Source: Vicugna vicugna (taxonomy: Eukaryota). Taken from it: 64,000 nucleotides of DNA. Shown here one piece after another: positions 1 through 10,908 of the stretch. The DNA is taken from assembly GCA_013265495.1 (NCBI GenBank), contig MU058198.1, positions 124,001-188,000 of the forward strand, given 5' to 3'. The translations under genes were made by a program, and so were the position numbers. The notes under the pieces were generated by a model. The model was not told the origin of the DNA. It saw only the letters and a program-made list of their open reading frames with translations, and ran no database searches. Every line of letters begins with the position of its first letter. Within the stretch, counting starts at the first letter, position 1.

Positions 1-96
1 CACATACATACGTGCTAAACAAAGGAAGGGTTAATAACATAGTTCACTAGGTAAAGAGAAGAATTTAAAATAAAAAGCAATTTTCTGGTGATACTA

Positions 97-288
<192 letters not shown>

Positions 289-1472
289 CTAGATGTGAAT
301 TCACAGCATTCTTACCGAAGTAGGACATTGTTTAAAAAACAAACAAAAAGCAACTCCCAATTTTTAAATCAATTAACTTTATGATAGATTTTTACAAATA
401 AAGTCAGAAATTTTTGCCACTCCTGAATTGGTTTTTGCTAACAATGTCATTCCAGGTATTCTTTGAGCCAGTCAACTCAACAATACGTTGAACCTGAACA
501 ATGAAAGGGTTGGTCTTAAAAACTATACAACATTATAAGAACTATCCTAGTTTTATAATCTAGTTGAGGAAATTAGATATACTCAAAGGAAAAGATAAGC
601 AAAAAATGAGGTACTAGAATTAATATATGCCTACATATAATTAAGCACCAAAACAACCGAAGAAAGTTAGATCTGAGGGATATCAAAGGGAAGTCTCGAC
701 AAACTAGAACGGGTGGTTGATGAGCAGATCAGTTTTAAAGATGAGCTAGGAACCAAAACATCCTAGCTGTGGGGGTAAAGAAGCATGTGGAAAGCAAAAT
801 ATTCCCTCACTTTTCTCTGAAAGGGAGCAAACAGACAGGCACAGTTAAAAGTAGTGAATTTAATTGTTTGCTACAAACAGCGAAAGTATAAAGAAAAGAT
901 GAAGCTAAATCTTTACAGAAGGCCTGATCACCAAAAAAGAATCATGCTAATTACCATCTGAGTAAGGAACAAACATTAAGAGATTCAGACATGAGATTTA
1001 AGCCATGACGGTGGCCAGGAAATCTGAGAACCAGTAACAAACTTCAGCAACACTGTTAAGTGTCATACTCAAAAGGGGGCTGAAGCCAAGCCTTGTCCTC
1101 TGAAGCCAGATCCAAGATTCCCAAAATAAGAAAAAGGAAAGTCTTTATGGGCTTTTCTACAACATCAATTCGCCCTTTTCATAACCAAAAATACAAGAGA
1201 AATACAGCTGAAGAAAATGTCTTCAGAAAACTACCAGCTATCAAAATTATTTCAAGCTTTGGGAAATTAGGCATGCATTGTTCTTTGTCCTTCCAGTAAT
1301 TTTACTAGTAACTTCAAAGCATCTGGAAAAAAAATTTTTAATTGCAGTGGTCTTACAATTTTTGCTTAAATGTTAGGTGATCTGAATTATTTTAAAATAA
1401 ATCTGCCCTGCTTTAGACTTCTATTTTTGTTTTCTTCTTAACTGAATTTTAGGAAATGTCTTAGTATTTTTA

Positions 1473-1694
<222 letters not shown>

Positions 1695-2172
1695 TTAAAT
1701 ATGCCCTACAAAATAAAATTAGGACTGTTAACTTAAATATACTAATGATTAATCACTACCTCTTTTAATGCTGCAGAAATAAAAATTCCCCAGAAATTAA
1801 AATACAACCTCATGTTCTCATTTTTTAAAGCGGATTTAATATCCATACTGTCACTACACACATGGCTTAGACTAGAATGCCACAATATACGACCAGCCTG
1901 GCTTTCTTCTCCAGGGCCACACCTGGCCACCAAAAGTGTACATTCATCTCGCCAGTGAAAATGGAACCACTCACTCACCAGCGGAACTGAATGAACTACT
2001 CTCACCTGTATATCCTAACTTCAGAAGTTTATTGTACCAAATGAACTATGAGAAACTATAGCACCTGGAACATTTTTCCTTTGAAAAGATACATTTAGCT
2101 AACAAGTAATCTTCACCAAAATATTTCTCTGAAGCAATTATTTTTCTTGCATTATCAAAAAACAGTTAATTA

Positions 2173-2358
<186 letters not shown>

Positions 2359-2730
2359 TTACTGCTACTCCACCTATGGACCATTTCATAGTCAGAGATC
2401 CTAGAAAGAGCATTTTATATCCTACCTGCTAGACATTATACGAACTTAAAGGGGGTTAGGGTTGGGGGACAGGGTAGAAGAATGGAATTTTGTTTATGAC
2501 ACTAATGAAATTATTTTTTTTCTTTAATATCTTAAGGTATTGGTGTCAGCAAGTACAAGTGGTATTTTTTATAAAAACAATGTTATTAGATCATTCAATC
2601 CTGGGCCCTAAAACATCACTGATTATATGTGAAGGAACAGAAGTTTGTTTTCTATCTACTATCCCAAGTCCTCATACATTCAACCAATCGCTCACCTCAT
2701 GATCTGAAAAGAAGGGGTCAGGGAACTCAC

Positions 2731-2856
2731 CCTAAAATTAGTGCTGAAAATATGAGGGTAACATCGAGCTACCAAAAGAATGCACTTAACACATTTGCAA
2801 AGTAATTCTGGTGTATCCACATTTTCAAGAATGGACTGCAGGCTGGTCATTACAAG
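2731..2856 (-). CDS. SMG1: SMG1 coding exon 7 (LVMTSLQSILENVDTPELLCKCVKCILLVARCYPHIFSTNFR, 126 nt)
   Basis: Acceptor TTTTTTAG, donor AGG|GTGAGT. Confidence 0.95.
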
Positions 2857-3243
2857 CTAAAAAATAAAAGTTACAAACTGTGAACATTTAAGAAAATGGG
2901 GAGAAAATAAGCAAATTAGGTTCATTATTTAAGAGTGACTATATTCAAAACTGACTATGATATCAAAGAAATAAATTCTATGGTTTCAGTTCCCCATACT
3001 TTTCAATCCACTAATATATTAGGCTGAAAACAAATACTATTTTTTCCTTCTTTAATGTCTGTTAACATTATTCCTAAGTAACATGTTTACATTATTTATA
3101 AGTGCTCTCTTCAATACAATGGATGTGATTAAAATTTCAAGTACCAAAACTAAGATGTGCTTGCAAAACTTATCTTTAAAGTACCAGAATTACTTTCCAA
3201 TTCAAAATAGCAAATGCTGTACAATTTGTGCTTTAAGGTATCA

Positions 3244-3332
3244 GTACTTGCTTCAATTTGGAATGACTTAGAGAAGATTAGCATGGCCCCAATGGATGAA
3301 TGTAACATGCAGGTTCATGTTATCACCATATA
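3244..3332 (+). pseudogene. Degraded U6 snRNA retro-pseudogene in SMG1 intron 6
   Basis: GTACTTGCTTC..AATTTGGAATGACTTAGAGAAGATTAGCATGGCCCC matches the U6 core; 5' stem-loop partly deleted and ACAGAGA box mutated. Confidence 0.85.
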
Positions 3333-5084
3333 TAAATTTATTTTTTAAATAAATATATGGCATACTGCTTATAGAATATTTTGCAGCTGTTAAAACCCAT
3401 TTTTTCCCCAAAAGGAAATCTCTTCTTCACAAAAGAATGATTTTATAAATATAGGACTGCTAGAACTAGAAAATCACCATTTTGCAACAGCCAATGTTAT
3501 AATCTACACAAGGCACAGAATATGAACAGACGCTAAAATCAAGTGAAATATTACAAAGAAAAACAGGATATTCAGAGGGGCTCAGAGTATCATGCCCAGA
3601 TTACTAATTACAAAGGGAGAAAAAAATAAGCCTTCACAATGGGAAGTTCTGGTTGGTCATCACCTTAAGCAGGAGATGAAACTGTCCATCTCAGAGTTAT
3701 GTGAATCTGAAGTCATGTGCCTGCTAGTATGATAAAATGATAAGTATGAACCCATGAAGGATTCATAACCAAAATGTTTGAACTGAATCTAATCAAAAAG
3801 GAATAATCAGACAAACCCAAAAAAGTAGAACTTTCTACAATATAAGGGAGACAAAATAGGTGCAGAGAACTGATCTTCTTAGGAGAGATTAAAGAGGCAC
3901 ACTGCCATCTTTCAGAGATTAAAGATTCATCAGTGCATGAATCTTGATAGGATCCTGGCTCAGGTAAGACAAAAGCTGTAAAAGGCATCTAATGGCAATC
4001 GCTAAATTTGAATATGGATTGTATTATGTGATAAAATTAATTTTCTTAGGTATGATTTTAATATTGTTGTTATACAGGAGATTAGTCTTAATCTTAGGAG
4101 ATGTATGCTGAAGTATTTTGGGGTAAACCATCATGATGTGTGTAATTTATTTTCAAATGGTTCAACAAAAAATTGTGCATATGTGTATGTGTAGAAATAA
4201 AACTGTAGCAAAATGTTAGTAAGTAACAGTTCTAGGTAAAAGATACATAGGTGTTTATTGTAGTGTCCCATCTGTTTTCTTGTGGATTTGAAATTTTTCA
4301 AAATAAATACTTGGGTAAATGTTCATAATATAAAAAATGTATGCAGAATAAGCCAAATTTGGTGTTATGCTTGTTAATTACAGATAATTTTATGAATCCT
4401 TCCCAAAATTCTTTTCATCATCTCTTACACAAGGAAAAATGAAATTTTTAAAGAGCAGAATAATTTCTCATGTTTTTTAATTAACCAAAATAAAATATAT
4501 CATGAATTGTTAAAAAAAAAAGCAAAAATAAAGATATCAAATAAACCTAAAAATACCAAATCTTAATTTTTAAAAACATTGGCTCAATAAAAAATTAATT
4601 ACTTATAACTTTGCTCAAAATTAAATTGGGAATGATTTTTTTAATAATTCAGATACACAATTTTATATCACATGGAATTAGAATTTTTGACATATTATCA
4701 AACGTAAGAACGCCTGAAGTAAGTTGTGATGTTTAGTTTTTGTCTCCTTCAAAAAAATGTGAAGTCCCAGTCTATCTGGCTTTCCTCATGGAGATTCTAT
4801 TTCCAAATCTACAAATGATTCTAGTACCAAGTAAATTCAAAGGAAAGCTTCCAAAAAACCTAAAAGACAAAATTAAATAATAATAATAATAATAATATTT
4901 AAAATCTACCTTTAATGTGTATCATTTCCTCAAATTCAGAAAAGGGAATTCTATTTACATCATATGTACTGTCACTAGATAACCCCTATTCTAAGTTTCC
5001 TTTCTTCAAGCTCCCCTTCAAGGCTGTATGTTAAGGACAACTTTTTCCCCAAGCCAATCATCAATCCCCCCCGCCCACTCTTAC

Positions 5085-5298
5085 CTGCATTACAGATGAA
5101 AAGGCTTTCTTCTCTCCTACAGTCTCTAATGCTCTGTAGGTGGCGCATAAGTAGAGCAGTTTAACTTCATCTTTTACAGATGAGCTAAATTTGCTAAAGA
5201 TCCATTTGAAGATCTTCTCGGCCTCGTAACTCAGAGAAGCACAAAGAAGGCCAAGACAGCAAGCTCCCTCCTGTCTCAACTCCTGAAGCAATTTGCTA
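5085..5298 (-). CDS. SMG1: SMG1 coding exon 6 (SKLLQELRQEGACCLGLLCASLSYEAEKIFKWIF...AFSSVMQ, 214 nt)
   Basis: Acceptor CACAG (NAGNAG CAGTAG), donor CAG|GTAAGA; HEAT-repeat region of SMG1. Confidence 0.95.
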
Positions 5299-6303
5299 CT
5301 GTGTTTATTTTAATGCAAACAACAAGAACACAAAGAAACAAAACACACAAAAAGCTTAAGTTTTCCAAGATGACAAGAACGATAGATACATCTTACAACA
5401 CAATGTCTTAAATAATTTTTTAATTTCTATTCAAACTACACAAAAGGTTGAAGTTGTAGCCACTTTAAGTATTCTCTGTATCCTGCAGTACCCCAAAGTA
5501 CCTTTGTTAGACTTTATATTTTCTTTTATAGAGTCAATTCTTTACAAATAGTAAGGATAGGCCTAGAAATATAAAACTTGGGCTTCAAATTCCATCTCCA
5601 ACTACATTAACGGATTCATAGAAAAGGGCAGCAAAAAGTGATCAGATAAAACACACTATATAATTTCTTACTATGTAATGTTCAATATGTAAGAATTATA
5701 AAATAGGAAATGGTAATAGTTAAATACAATAAGCTTAAAAAGGATAACACTGAATTAAGTATAATATTAATGATTAACTATATAAAATAAAACCATCAAA
5801 AAGCAGTAAGGTTATGACCTGCTGAGACGAGTTTTGGATGCTTTCCAACACTGCAATTCTTTGGGAATCAGCATAGGAAGAAATGACTGCACACCTTTGG
5901 AGAACCCCAGTAATCTCAGAGAATAGCTGGCTTGAATCCACTGTTGCCCAAAGAAGGACGCTCCCTTTTACCTCTACTCTCTAAGCAGTTTCAAAATGCT
6001 CTAGTTTACAGAAGTTAATTGCATTCATTCATGCTTGCATTAAGAGTTTATGTCATTCTACAAGTCAATCCTCAATTATTCAGTCATGCTGATAAATTAA
6101 AAAAAAAAAAGAATGGCTTTCCCTTTCAAGTGGATTCCATTTGTATTCAGTGGTAATTAATGTATAAACAACAAATAAAGATGAGAAAAGAACACAGTGA
6201 AATATTAAATAGATGTTCATAAATATAAAGTCAATGAATTTATCTTCTTGTATATGTTTAGTAATTTCTAAAAATGTATTTTAAAGTCTTTTAAATTACT
6301 TAC

Positions 6304-6362
6304 CTTTCATTAAGCACATCATGTACAGCAGCCAAGATATTATCCAACTGTTTAACTAGTAC
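6304..6362 (-). CDS. SMG1: SMG1 coding exon 5 (VLVKQLDNILAAVHDVLNE, 59 nt)
   Basis: Acceptor TTTTTAAG, donor AAG|GTAAGT; phases consistent. Confidence 0.95.
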
Positions 6363-7335
6363 CTTAAAAAAAATTAATAAAAACTTCAGATTCCTATTCT
6401 TTTAAGAATAATATTGTGTACTTTTTTTTTTTTAACTTGTGTTCCCCTCCAAATTATAATTGCACAGCACCTTACTTTCCTTATTATTCCCAGGCCCCAA
6501 TCAGCATATATCAGGTGTGACATAAGTTTCCTTTCAGACTCTAACAGAAATTTATCCACAGGAAATATACAGCCATGATCACCAATGAAAAAAATAAGCT
6601 CAAAAAGCTTGTTTTATTTACTGTGAAATGGATTTTTTAAAAACATGAATTGATTAAGTAGAGAGATATATGAGAAAGCAATATGGTAAAGTGTTAATGA
6701 CAGAATTTAGATGCTATGGTATTCACTGTAAAATTCTTTCGATTTGCTGCGTATTTTTAAATTTTCATAATAAAATGGGGAAGGACAGATAGAAGAAGCT
6801 TGCTTTGGACCATATGTTATTTGATTCACTATACTATTTTCATTCATTTTCTCCTGTTCCATATCAAGTTCTTAATTTAACATTAGGAGAATTACTTGAG
6901 GGGAAAGAAATTTGCAACTGTTCCTGCACTTTGTTGTTTTCCTGTTTATTTAGCCCTGGCCACCAGATCAAACTTACCCATGAATAAAGTATGTACCCTC
7001 TACCCCAATTTCACATATGAAAAACAAAGAGATAGTCTTGTCCTGGAACACGGTAAAAAAAATTCTGAGGACAGCAGAATAAACGTGTTAAAGGTTAAAA
7101 GCACTTTATTGCAGAAGGAACCAACATGGATCCAACATCTGTAGATAAATTACACTTTAGGGGCATTAAGTTATAGATCATCATAATACAGGCCAAATTA
7201 ACCTTGAATATGAAATCCCTGTTATTTTTTCCTTAGAAGCAAACCTTTTCCCTTCTTAAACCACTCCAGATAACATTAGCTACTGTACTACGGAAATACA
7301 AAACTTATCAACATTTCCAAACATATTATACTCAC

Positions 7336-7472
7336 CAGCTTATTTTCTGGTTGCTGAATAAATTCTTTCAACTGCTTTACAGTAGCCAGTCTTCGGTCTC
7401 TGTCGTCTTCCCGGGTGATCCTCCGAAGAAGATTCGACAGTCGAGACTCATCAGAATAAGACATCGATCGCT
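7336..7472 (-). CDS. SMG1: SMG1 coding exon 4 (ERSMSYSDESRLSNLLRRITREDDRDRRLATVKQLKEFIQQPENKL, 137 nt)
   Basis: Acceptor GTACAG, donor CTG|GTGAGT; protein match. Confidence 0.95.
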
Positions 7473-8464
7473 CTGTACATAATATACATTTTATCCACTG
7501 AGTATGAATTAGCATAGAAATTTTACAGTCCAAATATTTCGAAGTATATCAAAAATCAGAGTCCACTGGACAATAAAAGCTCAGTGAATGGAGATCCTAT
7601 AACACTTTTGTTCATCACTACAAACCCAGCCCCAGCACACTGTCAGGCACAGATCCTCAAAAAAGATAAACCTAAGCAAATACCTCATTCCAGAGGATCA
7701 ACTGACAGAGAAAAAAATGCTTAGAAATTATTTTTTTGGATCTGTTCCAAACTGTTTTCAACATCCATGTAAAAGTGTGAATGGGTAAGAAATTTCTATA
7801 GGTTAGGGATAAAGTCTTTATCAGGCAGAAACATGCTATATGCTTCTATTTCTCACCTAGGTCTCTCACTGGAGGGGAGTCGCCTGTTCACATCATCATC
7901 ATTTTCCTAGGACAAAGTTTTGGTGCACTGCAATCACACATTCAGTTCAACCAATGTCTAATTACCACCTACCATGTGCAAGGCACATTGTCATAGGAAA
8001 GCGGCAAATCAAACTTTTCTTCCCTTTTTTAATAAAAAGAACAAGCAAGAACGCTAATAAAGATGCATTTAAGGACTAAATTTTTCTTTTTAAATTTTCA
8101 GCTGTGCTATTTATCATAATTAACCAGTGTACGTTAACACAAACTACATTAAAGGGTCTGACAGTTTCATTTTTCTCTAAAGCATGAAAGGAAAACTGAT
8201 ACTAAAAGAAAGTATAACATCTCAGAGAAGGAATGAGATTTTTGAAAGTCCCTAGCCTACAGAGTATTTCAGTAAGGATGAATACCAAAAATGTCCTTAG
8301 GTTACTAGTCAGGACATCTAGGCTCTATTTACAGTTTCACCACTAGCAAACTGTGTAACTCTGAGCCTGTAAGGAGGAACTAGACTAAATTAGCTTTAGA
8401 GTCCCTTTCTAACTCTATCACACCTAAATCTAAGACTTTAAACACTTTTAAGAAACAGTATAGA

Positions 8465-8710
8465 TGGGGGAAGGATAAATTACGAGTTTCAGAGTAACAG
8501 ATAACACACCACTATATATAAACCAGATAAACAAGGACCTACTGTATAGCACAGGAAACTATATTCAGTTTCTTGTAATAATATATAATGGAAAAGAATC
8601 TGAAAAAGAATACATATTTAAATGTATAACTGAATCATTTTGCTATACACCTGAACTAACATAACATTATAAATCAACTATACTTCAATTTAAAAAAGAA
8701 AAAAGAAAAA
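8465..8710 (+). mobile_element. LINE-1 3' end (younger, cetartiodactyl type)
   Basis: CTACTGTATAGCACAGG..CAACTATACTTCAAT plus A tail. Confidence 0.8.
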
Positions 8711-9441
8711 AACACAGCTTAGACTAGTCATTCCACTTTTGAAAATTTACTTAAATTATTTTTCAAAAGCTATATTTAAATAAAGCTATATACCCAAAGA
8801 TATTCACCAAGATACACACAACTCATACCCCTCACTGGGAAAAAATGGTCATAATCTAAATGCCCCAAGAGTAAGTATATCCGACAGAGTGTATAAACCA
8901 GAAATATTGATTTCTTAATCAGCTCTACCAATAAAACAAATTTCTCTTTTAGAAAAAAAAAATGATCATCATTACCTCTAATCCCATGAATTTTCAAGAC
9001 CCTTTACCTATACATTGAGGCTTGTGTTATAGGCAGAAGTAGGTCACTGTGTATTTAACTTTAGAAAAAGGCCCACTCCATAAACACCCATACCCTCACC
9101 ATGCCCTAGAGTTCAAGGACTTGCTGCAGTAAGAGCCTACTATACACCACACAGTATTCACCATAATAAGGAAAATCCTTTCTTTAACATCTTACCCAGT
9201 CTCCCAATCTTACTTTAAGAGAATTCTCTTTTTTAAAGCATTAAAAACCTTTCTTGTGGGAATTTACTCTAGGAAACAGTTCACAGGAAAAGGAATGCAA
9301 ACAATTATCACCTGCACATGTTTTTCAACTCACAGTAAGCTAACCAACTCACACATGTGCAAGGTATTGGTACGAAATTAGGCATTTAAGAAACGTCTCG
9401 GTGGAGGTTTGTGTGATTGCCCGCAGTTGGCCCAGCCTTAC

Positions 9442-9597
9442 CCTGTGATTTCCTCATGTCTTTGATGGCTAACGCACGACTGCCATGCTGAATACTGGTG
9501 AACTCAGAGCTGGTCACATTGTTAACTCTCAGCTCTTGCCCCAACGACTTCCGACCATAAGTATTTTCCCCAGATCCTCCATTGACACTGTAGCCAC
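9442..9597 (-). CDS. SMG1: SMG1 coding exon 3 (GGYSVNGGSGENTYGRKSLGQELRV...DMRKSQ, 156 nt), using the proximal duplicated acceptor
   Basis: Acceptor GCTGTCTTTAG at 9599-9598, donor AGG|GTAAGG; an identical second acceptor lies 65 nt upstream (see findings). Confidence 0.9.
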
Positions 9598-10171
9598 CTA
9601 AAGACAGCAACATTTACGACCATAAGTATTTTCCCCAGATCCTCCATTGACACTGTAGCCACCTAAAGACAGCAACATTTACGTTATTTCAATAGGGCTC
9701 TTGGTTTCACTCAATCAATTCCTGACAGTTTAGATTCTTATGATCCAATCTGCAGCTTACCAGCCTTTGCTTCTACTCTTTCCCTGTGATGCATACCTTG
9801 ATTCCACTGTGTTGTCTTCAGCAGAAGTTATATAAGGGAAATGAAAACTAAATTAACTCAGATTTTGCACTTTAAAAGTTTAGAAGTCTAGAGGAGAAGC
9901 TGTAGTCAGGAAAGACTACGGTCTTAGTGATAATACTGTATTTCAGGGGACAAGGAAACTGCATTTACATATTGCGCGTGTGAAAAGTACATTCAAAAGT
10001 TTTTCTCAGTTAAGGGAGTAAACTTATGAAGTTTCAAAACTGGCACTGTGTTTAATATTTATATTTTAAACATATTAGAAGAAAGAGAGGAGTGAAGGAG
10101 GGAGAGGCAGGATGTTTAAAAAAACAAACACACACACAAAAATGCCTCTAGCAGGAAGGAAATATATATAC

Positions 10172-10332
10172 CCTTTTCGTCATCTTGTATGTCAGCGTGG
10201 ACTCTGGTATCATCGTGCCTTTGCCGAGACACCACAGCTGAATTTGAAGGTTGCAGTCCATAAGAAGACCCACCCCTATCTCTGGATGAAGAATATTTTA
10301 AATTATCTGGGTCGGCTGATGCACTATCAGTT
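10172..10332 (-). CDS. SMG1: SMG1 coding exon 2 (TDSASADPDNLKYSSSRDRGGSSYGLQ...IQDDEK, 161 nt)
   Basis: Acceptor CTCTCTTTGCAG, donor AGG|GTATAT; open frame matching SMG1. Confidence 0.95.
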
Positions 10333-10568
10333 CTGCAAAGAGAGAAGGGTATAAGGTTACAACTTTAAACAAGCATTTTAACAACCCAAATTACAAATCT
10401 TTCTTTTATACAAGCGTCTCTCTTCTCATTACTATTATAAGTAAGCACTCCAGTGTCTAATACGAAGTCTTTCAACAGGGAAGGGATTGTCAGTGGATGA
10501 AATACCAGCTTTTTAGTCCCTCCTGCTATTCTAAAGACCCAATTAGAAATATGAGTAACTATCAGGAA

Positions 10569-10676
10569 TAGGTAACCAACTCATCCTGCTTTCCTCAAAA
10601 CAAGGTTTAGCACTGAAATTTCCACGTCCTAGGAATTCCCTCATTGCCAGACAAACTGAGACAGTTGGTCACCCTG
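10569..10676. mobile_element. MER94-like hAT MITE
   Basis: TIRs GGTAACCAACT / AGTTGGTCACC. Confidence 0.65.
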
Positions 10677-10868
10677 GTCTGGGATTCTTTTCACATGACT
10701 TAATAAAAGGAATAATTCTTCCTAAATCTCCTCCTGCCGGGAGAGGGTTAATCCATGGGAAAACTACAGTCTTCCCAGTCACAAAAATAAAAAAAACACT
10801 GGCAACCTAATAGGCAGGGGCAATGCGTTACCAAATTATTTTTAAAGTACTACCTCATGGCAATGTGG

Positions 10869-10872
<4 letters not shown>

Positions 10873-10905
<33 letters not shown>
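10873..10905. repeat. (CT)n microsatellite
   Basis: Directly visible. Confidence 0.95.

Positions 10906-10908
<3 letters not shown>

Noticed and set aside
1970..2075. Two donor-like sites (CAG|GTGAGA, CTG|GTGAGT) in intron 8
   Set aside because: Upstream acceptors are weak and ambiguous; a specific exon cannot be supported.
3244..3332. Functional U6 gene
   Set aside because: Internal deletion, mutated ACAGAGA box, and no clear PSE/TATA upstream.
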